NCBI RefSeq assembly: GCF_000738915.1
Contig: NW_026515638.1
Span: 208,882 to 272,881, forward strand
Length of the DNA: 64,000 nucleotides
Direction: 5' to 3'
Source of the DNA: Nematocida ausubeli
Taxonomy: Eukaryota
A model generated the notes under the pieces. The model saw only the letters and a program-made list of their open reading frames with translations. It made no database searches and was not told the origin of the DNA. Position numbers and translations under genes: made by a program. Positions 10,946-20,994 of this stretch are shown one piece after another (position 1 is the first letter of the stretch; each line of letters starts with the position of its first letter).

Positions 10946-11809
10946 CTACGCCACAGAGAAAGTAGTAGGGCGCATGTAACTCTGCGAAAATGTCTCCTTC
11001 ACGTAGGACATAGTGTGTTCAAACCCGAAGGTAAGAGATAACAAAGAGAAATATATAACGGAAAGTGTAAAGAAGAACAACCAAAACAAGAAGAAAATGG
11101 CAGTTAGGGCATGAATATTTGAGAAACTGCATAGACCAAAGTCAACCACCTGAGAGTATGCAGCCATTACTTCCTGGAATACAAACCCATAAGAGACCAA
11201 AAACATAAAGGCAATGGAAATAACACGTAAATGAGGATATGCAGTCTGGACATCAAGGGTCTTTGCAATCTTTGATATAACCCAGATAACAAATTCACAA
11301 GACACTAGCAAAAGTACAGAGAGTACAACAGAAAGTATCCCAGGGAATAATGGTACATTTATCTCATTGAACCCGTATATAATTGTAGACCAAATTATAC
11401 GGCATACAAAACTGCAAAAAATAACCATGAATACTAGGATTAATCCATTGTATATAATACGTAAATATTCTTCTCTCTTTGAGTTTACAGTCACATTATT
11501 TATCTGTGGGCCCACTATGGCTTGTTGCTTCATGAATATTTTTTCCCTGTGCATGTCAATTAAAGACTTACAGCCACTTGCCAGCCGGCAGGTTATTGAA
11601 AGTACGCCTGTCATTAAGGAAATAATTCCAACCGAAATCACAAGAGATTTCATAATGGAAATAATAGGAATATCTATCTCTTTTCCTGTGGAGTATGAGA
11701 ATACACCATCCAGTATATTCTTCATATTCTTTTTGACAATTTCTGTGCCCACGGAAAGCATAGACTTATTTATGGGCTGTCCAATGTGTTCTATTTGCAA
11801 GTCAACCAT
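10946..11809 (-). CDS. Hypothetical multi-pass membrane protein (~287 aa, about 5 TM)
   Basis: ORF with several long hydrophobic segments. First ATG at 11809 (MVDLQIEH). Confidence 0.75.
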   Translation of the reverse strand: MVDLQIEHIGQPINKSMLSVGTEIVKKNMKNILDGVFSYSTGKEIDIPIISIMKSLVISVGIISLMTGVLSITCRLASGCKSLIDMHREKIFMKQQAIVGPQINNVTVNSKREEYLRIIYNGLILVFMVIFCSFVCRIIWSTIIYGFNEINVPLFPGILSVVLSVLLLVSCEFVIWVISKIAKTLDVQTAYPHLRVISIAFMFLVSYGFVFQEVMAAYSQVVDFGLCSFSNIHALTAIFFLFWLFFFTLSVIYFSLLSLTFGFEHTMSYVKETFSQSYMRPTTFSVA

Positions 11810-11929
11810 AAAAGGAAATGAACTAAAAAAAATCAAATTTAAAACTGATATTCAGAATACAGTTATTTTCTAGTGAAAAGATAGATATATCACAGAATGT
11901 ATAGTGGTATATATATATTCTTTGGGTTA

Positions 11930-12200
11930 TACTAGTTATGTCTTGGTTTAGGGTTAGTTTGGTCTTAGTTTAGTGTTGTTTTATACTAGTTTAGTCTTGT
12001 TTTAGTCTTAGTTTAGTCTTGTTTTAGTAAATATATGTCGTATTTCAGTCAAGTTTATGCCAGTTTAGTCAAGTTTAGTCCATATATGTCTTGTTTTAGT
12101 CAAGTTTATACAAGTTTAGTCAATATATGTCTTGTTTTAGTTAAGTTTAGTCCATATATATGTCTTATTCAAGTCATCTTTAGACAATATATGTCAAGAT
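11930..12200. repeat. Degenerate tandem repeat (TTTAGTC / GTCTTGTTTTAGT / ATATATGTC modules)
   Basis: Directly visible reiteration of tagtttagtcttgttttagtc and caagtttagtccatatatgtc. Confidence 0.7.
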
Positions 12201-12358
12201 ATGTCCATGTACGTCTTGAAACAGTCAAGATATAAATAAAGTATAACCGACATGAGATAAGTTAAAGTATATCTATCTTATCTTTTATCAGTAAATATTC
12301 TTATCTGGTGCTTATAATGGATTGATAAATTATGTTTATTTCCTGGTGTGCAGATATT

Positions 12359-14464
12359 CTATCTTATTCTGAGGGTCTCCATGACCTTTGTCTTTATGGC
12401 AAGGACGAGTTTCTCCAGGCAGACCATTGCCTGGGAGACCTGTGCTGGGAGGCCCTTTGTCCCGGGTGATGGCAGGAACTGCATGGCATCTGCGGGTGCA
12501 CTGACTCTATTACGGATTCCTTCTGTGATCATTTCCCGTGCTGCCTGTAGGGTGACCGTTACTGTTGTTCTATTCACTAGATTTCTGATTGACACGTGGT
12601 GTGCTGCTGCCTCCTTAGGGCCCACTACAATGACGTACGAGTACCTGGCCTTCTCTGCATTCAAAATCTTCTTGTTCAAAGTGCACTCAGATGCATCAAC
12701 TGACACTTCCATCTCACTCATCTCCTGTGCTACTACCCGGGCGTATGGTATTTCATTCTGTGAGACGGGGATGACTGCAATTTGGTTTGGGTTAAGCCAA
12801 GGAGGTAATCTTCCCTTGTAGTGCTCCAGGAGTATCCCTGACATTCTCTCTACGCTCCCAAGGATGGCCCTGTGGATCATGACAGGCCGCTCTGAAGAAC
12901 CTTCCTTTCCTGCGTACTTTAAAGCGAATCTTTCAGGCAGTTGGAAGTCCAGTTGGACAGTACCACACTGGTGCTTTCTCCCAAGTGCATCACATACGGA
13001 GATATCTATCTTTGGGCCGTAGAATGCACCATCTCCTTCATTGAGTGTCCATGCGACTTGACTCTTCTCCAGGGCTGCCTTAAGCTGTGCCTCAGCTGCA
13101 TCCCATACGGATATTTCTCCAATGTACTTCTCTGGTCTGGTACTCAGGCAGACAGTGTACTTAAACCCAAGCAATCCATAGACTTCCTCCAGGAATTGCA
13201 GACACTGTTCAATCTCACCTGCAACCATCTCCTGAGAGAGGAAGATGTGTGCATCATCTTGCTGGAACCTTCGTACACGTGTCAGGCCAGTGAGTGCCCC
13301 TGAGACTTCGTTCCTGTGGAGTACTCCAAAGTCAGCCAGACGCAAGGGTAAATCCCTGTATGAACAGCTCATGTGCTCGAATAAGAGACAGTGTCCTGGG
13401 CAGTTCATTGGTTTCAAGGCCATTTCTGTGTTATCAGCTGGGAAGCAGAACATATCTTCCTTGTACTTATCCCAGTGACCACTTGTCTTCCAGAGTTCAT
13501 TAGTGAATACATTTGGGGTAATAACCTCCTTAAACCCTCTCTTCCTGTAGTTCTCTCGCATCAACCGAATGAGTGCGTTGTAAATGAATGTGCCCTTGGG
13601 CATAAAGAAGCAAGATCCAGGGCTCATTGGGGAAAAGAAGAACAGATCTAAGTCTGCCCCTATCTTCCTGTGGTTATTCTTCTTTGCTTCTTCCAAGTTC
13701 ATCAGGTGCACCAGAAGTTCATCCTTTGAAGGGAAGGATACTCCGTATATACGCTGAAGGACTGGTCTAGATGAATCTCCCAGGAAGAATGAACTGCTGT
13801 GGTGCAGGACTTCAATTGCCTTAACGTACCCAGTCGATGGGATATGTGGTCCTAGACAGAAATCAATTAGTGGTCCACACTTGTAGACTGTGCTTCTATC
13901 CTGTACTTTATCCTGGATTAGTTCTACCTTCAGAGGATTCTCTGCAAACATCTCCAGTAGTTCTGTCTTTGTCATCTCTAATCTCTCAAATTTCTGGTTT
14001 TCCTTCATTATCTTCCTCATGTCCTTCCTGAGTGCTTTGTAGTCCTCTGGTACTACAGTCCTGTCCATGTGCATCTCGTAGAAGAAACCACTCTCTGTTG
14101 GTGGCCCTAGACATAAATTGCACTGGAAATTACTCTCGCAGGCTTCCCCTAATATATGTGCAGATGAGTGCCAGAAGACTTTCTTTCCATCTTCATCTGA
14201 AAATGTTAGAAATTCAACGACAGAATCTCTTTCAAAGGGTCTGTGGGCATCCCAGAGTTCTTCATTTACTCTTGCTACGATGAATTCCTTGTGATTTGGG
14301 TTGATTTCTTGTGAGATCTTGAAGGGAGTAGTCTCATGACTTAGTCCTTCTATTTCCCCATGGACTGTTTTTATTTGAATTTTCACTTTCTCTTGACTTT
14401 CCTGCTGTCCTTTTACTCTATCGAATATTTCCAGTCTTCTCTCTATATACTTCCCGAATGACAT
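12359..14464 (-). CDS. THS1: Threonyl-tRNA synthetase
   Basis: TGS domain, FWHSSAHILG, DFCLGPH, LKPMNCPGH, GLTRVRRFQQDDAHIF, GAFYGPKID, HRAILGSVER and anticodon-binding domain. Confidence 0.98.
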   Translation of the reverse strand: MSFGKYIERRLEIFDRVKGQQESQEKVKIQIKTVHGEIEGLSHETTPFKISQEINPNHKEFIVARVNEELWDAHRPFERDSVVEFLTFSDEDGKKVFWHSSAHILGEACESNFQCNLCLGPPTESGFFYEMHMDRTVVPEDYKALRKDMRKIMKENQKFERLEMTKTELLEMFAENPLKVELIQDKVQDRSTVYKCGPLIDFCLGPHIPSTGYVKAIEVLHHSSSFFLGDSSRPVLQRIYGVSFPSKDELLVHLMNLEEAKKNNHRKIGADLDLFFFSPMSPGSCFFMPKGTFIYNALIRLMRENYRKRGFKEVITPNVFTNELWKTSGHWDKYKEDMFCFPADNTEMALKPMNCPGHCLLFEHMSCSYRDLPLRLADFGVLHRNEVSGALTGLTRVRRFQQDDAHIFLSQEMVAGEIEQCLQFLEEVYGLLGFKYTVCLSTRPEKYIGEISVWDAAEAQLKAALEKSQVAWTLNEGDGAFYGPKIDISVCDALGRKHQCGTVQLDFQLPERFALKYAGKEGSSERPVMIHRAILGSVERMSGILLEHYKGRLPPWLNPNQIAVIPVSQNEIPYARVVAQEMSEMEVSVDASECTLNKKILNAEKARYSYVIVVGPKEAAAHHVSIRNLVNRTTVTVTLQAAREMITEGIRNRVSAPADAMQFLPSPGTKGLPAQVSQAMVCLEKLVLAIKTKVMETLRIR

Positions 14465-14478
14465 ATTTTTAAAAAAAA

Positions 14479-15618
14479 ATGAGAATAAATGAGTTACGGT
14501 TCTACAACGAAAGTGTCCCAGGAATAACCCAAATGGTAGAATATCAAGGGCTAGTCAGGGAGAGACATGAAATATACAGTTATATAGAGAGATATAAGCA
14601 GTTGCCAGTACGTGCCCTATTGCAGAACCAGGAGATCACTGAAGATACGAAGCAGCACTATGCAGCAAAGATATCAGCAGCCACAGGGCATGAGAGACTG
14701 AAGGATTTCATAATTGGGGAGACAAGTATTTTCCGTCTAAGAGTAGATAGATCCTTAGATAAGGATGTTCTCAGATTATTTCTGGGTGAGTACCTAGGGA
14801 GACTTCAAAGTCCATTTATATTCAGAGTGAATGAAGGCGTATTGACAGTGGAAATAGATGGGTACAATGAAAATGGCATAAATATAAATACAATTGGGGA
14901 GTTAGTCAGGAAATCAGATGCAGATGAAGTATTAGGAATATATTTAAGAGGTAATCTTCAGGTTCAAGTGGTCTCTCACTTCACAAAATATTTCAGTCTC
15001 CGGGAGAAGACAGAGATGGAGAAGGGTCTAATTACAGCAGGAATTGAAGGAATAAAGAGTATTTTAGTAAGGGGCTTTGAAGATACGTTAAGACAAAGTA
15101 CACAATTACTGTATATATCTGGTGTACCAAAGGTATATGTAGTAGAGCAACCAATTGTCACAGTAGAAGCAATGAAGCTGCAAGAGAGATCTATTCCAAA
15201 ATGTATTTCTGGTGTACTGGATAGGTTGAAGACAAACAGGCACTTGAAATACGGTGACAGATCTATTCTGAATAATTTCCTGAAGGCAGCTGGTGTTCCC
15301 TTGGAGGATGCAATTGCGTTGTACAGAAGCAATTTCAGTTGCAGTGCAAGTGACTTTGAGAAGAAATATAAGTACAGCATACAGCATGCGTATGGGACAG
15401 TTGGGGGAAGAATTAATTATAAGGGAATTCTGTGCAGTAAGATTATCTCAGACAGCAAGAAGGGCGGTTGTAATTTGTGTCCATTTTCTGTTGGGATGAA
15501 TCCTCAGAGGGAATGTACAAAGACACTTGAGGTGATCACAGGGCAATCTGAGGTGCAGATTGCATCACCCTCAGAGTATTATCTGAAGGCAGTCAAGAGC
15601 ACCAGCAAAAAAGAGTAA
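14479..15618 (+). CDS. PRI2: DNA primase large subunit
   Basis: Fe-S domain motifs IPKCI, HLKYGDR, YSIQHAYG..GGRINY...CSKII, CPF and QREC. Confidence 0.9.
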   Translation: MRINELRFYNESVPGITQMVEYQGLVRERHEIYSYIERYKQLPVRALLQNQEITEDTKQHYAAKISAATGHERLKDFIIGETSIFRLRVDRSLDKDVLRLFLGEYLGRLQSPFIFRVNEGVLTVEIDGYNENGININTIGELVRKSDADEVLGIYLRGNLQVQVVSHFTKYFSLREKTEMEKGLITAGIEGIKSILVRGFEDTLRQSTQLLYISGVPKVYVVEQPIVTVEAMKLQERSIPKCISGVLDRLKTNRHLKYGDRSILNNFLKAAGVPLEDAIALYRSNFSCSASDFEKKYKYSIQHAYGTVGGRINYKGILCSKIISDSKKGGCNLCPFSVGMNPQRECTKTLEVITGQSEVQIASPSEYYLKAVKSTSKKE

Positions 15619-15716
15619 AAAAGTAACGGAAATTACTGAAAAGAGTAAAAAATAACGGAAATTACTGAAAAGAGCAAGAGTAAAAATAAATTGGAAGGAG
15701 TAAAAATAAATTGGAA
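15605..15716. repeat. Short direct repeats downstream of the primase gene
   Basis: TAACGGAAATTACTGAAAAGAG twice and GAGTAAAAATAAATTGGAA twice. Confidence 0.75.
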
Positions 15717-15827
15717 TATATATTGGAGAGTACGAGTACAGAGGGATTTTCTTTGGGGGACATATAGGGGAAGTGATTGTCACGGGGACAGAAGGTGTAT
15801 TTGGGTTGGGGGAGCATAAAAAAGGTA

Positions 15828-15901
15828 TGTGCTGTCCCGGAATCGAACCGAGCACCTTTCGCGTGTTAGGCGAATGTGATAACCAACTACACCAACAGCA
15901 C
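15828..15901 (-). tRNA. tRNA-Val: tRNA-Val(AAC)
   Basis: Cloverleaf on the - strand: acceptor GTGCTGT/ACAGCAC, anticodon arm TTCGC-CTAACAC-GCGAA, T arm CTCGG-TTCGATT-CCGGG, discriminator A. No encoded CCA. A TTTTT Pol III terminator follows within about 5 nt. Confidence 0.97.
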
Positions 15902-16080
15902 CCCGTACGTACTACAGACAGTACCCTCACGAGAGTCAGTGTGCAGTAGTGCAGTGGAATTGGGAGAAGAAAAAAAAGGCTTCAGATATATTTATGATGA
16001 ATAATCAGTAGAGTACAGATTTAATTTAAATTGCGTGCATATGATGATTTATCAGATAAAATTAATCTGAAGGTGCATGG

Positions 16081-16536
16081 TTAATAATCAAGTGACTCTT
16101 CTTGTGATGCGATTGTAATCCAGTTTAGAGTGATTTGCTTTGCCATCTGCTTGATTCCCTTCTTCTCGTATGGGTTCTTGGAGTAGAACAAAACGATCTT
16201 TCCAATCCCACTTTCCTTCAAGTGCTCTACTTCTGGGGTCAGGTGCAGCAGTACGTCTAATATGCTGCGCTTCACTGTGTCATGGGGCAGTGACATATCT
16301 GGCAGTGGTTCCAGCCACTTCTTTAGGAGCTTAAGCACGCCTAAGTCAAGCAATTCTTGCTGATTCTTTTTCTTCAAGAGTCTGTTGTATATTGACTCTA
16401 AGTCATTTAGTTTTCTTAATGCAGGAAGGCCTTCTTTGTTTGATTCACAGTCTCTTTCGTATGCTTCTTCTAAATCCTCCAGAATCTTCTGTATTTCCTT
16501 TGCATTATTATTTCCTATAGACTCTGTGTCTGCCAT
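16081..16536 (-). CDS. IWS1: Transcription elongation factor Iws1/Spn1 (TFIIS N-terminal-like domain only)
   Basis: PALRKL, KKWLEPLPDMSLP and HLKESGIGKIVLFY motifs. Confidence 0.92.
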   Translation of the reverse strand: MADTESIGNNNAKEIQKILEDLEEAYERDCESNKEGLPALRKLNDLESIYNRLLKKKNQQELLDLGVLKLLKKWLEPLPDMSLPHDTVKRSILDVLLHLTPEVEHLKESGIGKIVLFYSKNPYEKKGIKQMAKQITLNWITIASQEESLDY

Positions 16537-17298
16537 GAAACTAAAATAATAAAATTCATTTCCTATTGAATTTAGTCGAGAGTGAAAATTAAGTGAGTAT
16601 TTTTGGGAGATTTATGGTATATAATAATTATAGTGTGGAATGAAGGGGTTTAGTCTATTTGCTATTGGGATAATCTTTGTATTTTTGTGTTTTTCTGGTT
16701 CTATGAGAGTGAATATTTTTGTTGCTTCTTGAGGGAAATAATTGCAGGATATTCTGGGGAAGTATTATTTAATTGAAGTTGTATGGCATGGTGATATTAT
16801 AGTATTTTGGCTGTGCATGTGGTGTGCTTATTTATGTTAATTTATGGCCCGTGGGATATTTTATATATGATGGCTTGTCTTATATTTTAGTGAAAATATT
16901 CACAGCATGAAATATATGAATACATAAACATCAGACTTCATCTATTCATTAATATACAATATACACCTAATACAGAATGATATTATAACCAAATCCAGTA
17001 ATATATAATATATAAGACATTTTATCTATAGTTTATAAAATAATTACTATAAAACCCATTATATCCGATGATTCAGAATGCCTCAAACCACATATATCAC
17101 CAGATTGACTAACCACACACACTCATTCAACCAAATTACTCCAAAACCAAGAATCCCAAGAATACTGTCCCAGCAGATTTTCCAGATTCCCAAATAATTT
17201 TCAAAGAGAAAGATAGAACAAAAACAAAAGTACGTTAAGGAAACAGCCTAAATTCCAGATAAAAATAACAAAAATCAAATAATTCCTTTATTTAGATA

Positions 17299-18747
17299 CT
17301 ACGTGGGAGATGTCTGATGCTTCAGCAAACCCGAAATGACTTCTTTTCTTTTCTCAACCGGCACTAAATGGAGTATGTACATGGTGTAATTACTCCGGAT
17401 CCACTGCATGCCCAGGATTACCTTTACATCCTTATGCGGATATATCATGAATTTCTGCACTGACTGGCACTGACTATATATTGCCAGTTGTATCTCAGCC
17501 TGCGTGTGCACGGATGTAAGCTCAATCTGGCCACCAAGTGGGTCAAAGACCCGTTTTGACCGAGTGTCAAATAAGTCCGGCAGACCAAGCATCTTCTGTG
17601 CTGCTGTGCTCATGAGATTGCAGTCTATGCTGGCATTTATCGTGAAATATACACGTATCTTGTTGATTATGCCCTTTGCCTGGGGCATTCCTAAGATTTC
17701 TTCAAATCCTGCACACCCACCCTTGTACCCAGCAGTTTGCTTCTGTCCACCCGACAGTGCAGTCATAGATATTTTTTGAGAATTTCCCAGAGTAGAAGGC
17801 ACCTTGGCTCTACTGTTCAGGGCGTAGCAGTCAACTGAGTTATGCGTATTTATTCTGTGGTGGGTGCAATATAGTTCTGTCTCTGGGGCACTTGTTCTTT
17901 CTGTCTTTTTATTTGCCAGAATATTTTCCTTGCCTTCTACTGGGTCTGGCTGCTCTGGAAGGGGAGGGTGCGTCTTTTGCTCTTGTTCTTTGATCATGGC
18001 AGTCGCAATGTAATTCTCTTTGAATTCAATGAACTCCATGATCTTGTGCCACTGCATGCCTTGCACTGTCTTCTCATTAATCCATTGCTTTGTCCCAAGG
18101 CATAGACCATCCTCTATCTGCTTGTGGAGTGTCGGGTTATACATATTAACGGGCACTAGGTCGATCCTAATTTGGTTGTCCACGTTGGCAGTGACTGCCT
18201 CCACATAGTCTTTGAAAAAAAGAAATTCATTTTGTCGTATTCCTACGATATTATGGCAGCCTGCGGATAGAAATGCATGTCTCTTTAGTATTTTTAGGGC
18301 ATCCTCCAGGGTCTTCTTGTGGTCGTACAATTTTGTAAGTGCTGGGCATGTGACTTTTTGCAAGATTTCCATGTGCTGGTCTATTTCTATCTGGTGCTGC
18401 AGTAAAGTATGAATGAACTTTAGCTGCCATATATCATAGTACTCTAGCTCATATTCGCTTAGACTTGGGAAATCTGCAGTTTTTGGGGAATCTGTCTCTG
18501 AGGAGTGCCATGGTACTTCAACCACCTTGAACAAGACAGGAATGAATTCTTCTGCTTCTGTATTTTCTGGTGTATTTCTGTTGAAGTATTTGTCTAGGCA
18601 CCTTACTATGTCGTATCTCTCATGCGGTATTGTCTGGAAGACTGTAAAATGCTCGAATAAATTGAGTGCTGGTTGGCAGAAGAATCTTCTGTTTTGTTTT
18701 TTATTCGATGCAAAGTAGTCTAACTGCTTGGAGTCTGCGTGTGTCAT
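17299..18747 (-). CDS. Ty3/gypsy-derived Gag (capsid-like plus CHHC zinc knuckle) fused to a retropepsin-like domain lacking the catalytic Asp
   Basis: MHR-like IRQNEFLFFKDYV and QIEDGL; zinc knuckle C294-x2-H-x4-H-x4-C307; retropepsin pattern AKGIINKIRVYFTINASIDCNLMS...LGL...DVKVILGMQWI. Confidence 0.75.
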   Translation of the reverse strand: MTHADSKQLDYFASNKKQNRRFFCQPALNLFEHFTVFQTIPHERYDIVRCLDKYFNRNTPENTEAEEFIPVLFKVVEVPWHSSETDSPKTADFPSLSEYELEYYDIWQLKFIHTLLQHQIEIDQHMEILQKVTCPALTKLYDHKKTLEDALKILKRHAFLSAGCHNIVGIRQNEFLFFKDYVEAVTANVDNQIRIDLVPVNMYNPTLHKQIEDGLCLGTKQWINEKTVQGMQWHKIMEFIEFKENYIATAMIKEQEQKTHPPLPEQPDPVEGKENILANKKTERTSAPETELYCTHHRINTHNSVDCYALNSRAKVPSTLGNSQKISMTALSGGQKQTAGYKGGCAGFEEILGMPQAKGIINKIRVYFTINASIDCNLMSTAAQKMLGLPDLFDTRSKRVFDPLGGQIELTSVHTQAEIQLAIYSQCQSVQKFMIYPHKDVKVILGMQWIRSNYTMYILHLVPVEKRKEVISGLLKHQTSPT

Positions 18748-20017
18748 TTTTTGGGTAATTTTGGCTAAATATATAACCCGAATATATGCATATCAGTGAT
18801 CATATAATTATATCTGTGGATTATATCACCATGCAATATATCATTTATTACCCCCTGCATATTCTGAATTTATATACTTCGCATGGAATTGCATGGGTTT
18901 TAATGTTTTTTTATCTAAAAAATATAATAAACACCAGAAACAAGTATAATTTAGTCTGGGAGTAGATATATATACTGTGCACTGCATGTGCATGTAAGTT
19001 GTAAGTCCATTCTTGTTGGTGCATTATAAGAGGGTGGTTTCTGGAATAAAAAACTAGTTCTTTTTAGTCTTATAATAATTTATATCTACTTGTGTGAATA
19101 TATTATATTATACTATATAATTATTTCTCTTTATATTTGGAATATCTTGGCTTCTTATGGATATTTGAATTTCACTTGATTTTCCACTTGAAATCCCCTT
19201 GCATAGTACTCCTGGATGATTTTTCCGAAAATTCACAAAAAAATAAGAAAATCAAGGGGAACTGTAATTCTGCAAGACAGTAAATCACCAGACTATCACT
19301 ATCATACTACTGTGTATGTGCACATAGTAAGAAGGCATCTTCTGTAATCGAATATAGCCCAGTATTTAAATTACAGTATTTTTCTTCATATTCTAAGAAA
19401 AAATACCACTATTCAGAACTATGCAACTTAGACTATATCCAGTCACAAAAATGCACAAATATAATTTAAACAGTACTTCCTATTAATATATTCATTAAGA
19501 CCCAGTAAGAATGAATAATAAATTTGCAAGCTCTTGAATATCTCTGAGCAAGTTCCACTGAAATATTCCAGAATATTAATATTAGTATAAAGAATCAATA
19601 AGATATTTAGAAATATTTCCAGAAGAATTTCAATCACTACATATCTTATAAATGAGCTAGATTTATTGTATGTTAACCCGTAGCCACTGAAATAGTGCAC
19701 TTTCTTCTGCCCAGAGACTATTTAGTCTTACTTCTGGTTCAAGTAAATTCAAGTTATTTTCACCCACTTGTTTCCCCTCAGAGCATAAAAGCACTAAAAT
19801 TAACAAGTCCAAATTCACAAGACAGAAAGTATTCCAGTCAGAATCCATATCCTGCTGTACCCATGCTTCCCCATGCAATTTCACAGGGTCTTGGGCAAAA
19901 CTCTGAAATTCTTATTTATCCAACAGAGTACCCAAAGACCCAGAAGAAGTATACTGCAGGAGTGCGACTAAATGAGAATGCATCTCTATCATATCTTAGT
20001 ATTCTTTATTTTTGCAG

Positions 20018-20326
20018 CTAATTCCCAAAGAAAAGTATCTTATAAGCAGGGAATATTTCTTGCAATTTTTCTTGGATTTTCTTCCCATGGTCCCCTTGCA
20101 TCTGCATAACTCTCTTCCCGGATGCATCTGTGACAATTGTCCCATTGCAGCAAAGTTCCTTCTTAAGGGCAGTCATTAGCTTTGTGATATCAAATGAGTC
20201 TGGAATGTTTTCTACAGTTGTCAGCCACTTCCTTCCCTTTCTATTCTGCTTCCTTACATGAATCTCATTATCTTCAAACTTCGTCTCATTATCAGAAAAT
20301 ACTAAGTCTTCATCGAAGTTATCCAT
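20018..20326 (-). CDS. SUI1: Translation initiation factor eIF1
   Basis: IHVRKQNRKGRKWLTTVENI, LKKELCCNGTIV and MQMQGDH motifs. Confidence 0.96.
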   Translation of the reverse strand: MDNFDEDLVFSDNETKFEDNEIHVRKQNRKGRKWLTTVENIPDSFDITKLMTALKKELCCNGTIVTDASGKRVMQMQGDHGKKIQEKLQEIFPAYKILFFGN

Positions 20327-20352
20327 GCAAAAAACAAAAGACTCAAAATAAA

Positions 20353-20994
20353 TTACAACCCGAATGCCCGTGCCTTTTCAATTATCTTCTGAGAGACTTC
20401 CTTGGAGGCCTGGACGGAGTATGATATTAGGTCTAGAAAGGCTTGTTCTGCAATGGGCTTAGACGTAGATCCATAAGATATAATTGTATCATAGTCTGCA
20501 CAGCCTGTGGCAAGTGTAATGCATGGTATATCAGACCTTTCTTCTGGTTCTGTTAAATCTACAATGTACTCTTCATGTTTCATTGGGGACAAGCCTACTG
20601 TCACACTAAATACAAGATATTTTATAGGGACCTTGTAGCTTAGTAGTGTAAGAGAGGCACTATTAATTATTGCTGATAATAATGATCCGTTATCACAGAG
20701 TACCCTGCATATTATGTTATATGAGTTCTCTGTCTCCAATAATAAGCTATCAAAGATTGTCTCAATTGCACGCTCTGACTCTTCAATTAGTCTTTCCACA
20801 CGGGTTTTTGAAATATTTCTGGGGACTGCACCGTCTTCTATAATTACAGTAGCTGAGATGCCCTTCTTCTGTTGGGCTGAATAATTTAATGTACACATGA
20901 CTTTAGTCAGGCCTGCTGTGTAAGTCACATCCTTGTCTATTTCTAATGAGATTCTTCTGTGCTGGGTGTGGCTTCTGCCGTCTTCTCTGTCCAT
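20353..20994 (-). CDS. RRP41: Exosome RNase PH-like subunit (Rrp41/Ski6-like; Rrp46 not excluded)
   Basis: REDGR N-terminus, GLTKVMC, VLCDNGSLLSAIINSASLTL and IVDLTEPEE. Confidence 0.75.
   Translation of the reverse strand: MDREDGRSHTQHRRISLEIDKDVTYTAGLTKVMCTLNYSAQQKKGISATVIIEDGAVPRNISKTRVERLIEESERAIETIFDSLLLETENSYNIICRVLCDNGSLLSAIINSASLTLLSYKVPIKYLVFSVTVGLSPMKHEEYIVDLTEPEERSDIPCITLATGCADYDTIISYGSTSKPIAEQAFLDLISYSVQASKEVSQKIIEKARAFGL

Noticed and set aside
16540..19440. Full LTR retrotransposon around the Gag-like ORF
   Set aside because: No direct terminal repeats, PBS/PPT or pol-like ORF could be seen in either flank.
19443..20021. Short ORFs of 73-108 aa between the Gag-like gene and SUI1
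   Set aside because: No motifs, mutually overlapping, mostly non-ATG starts; consistent with chance.
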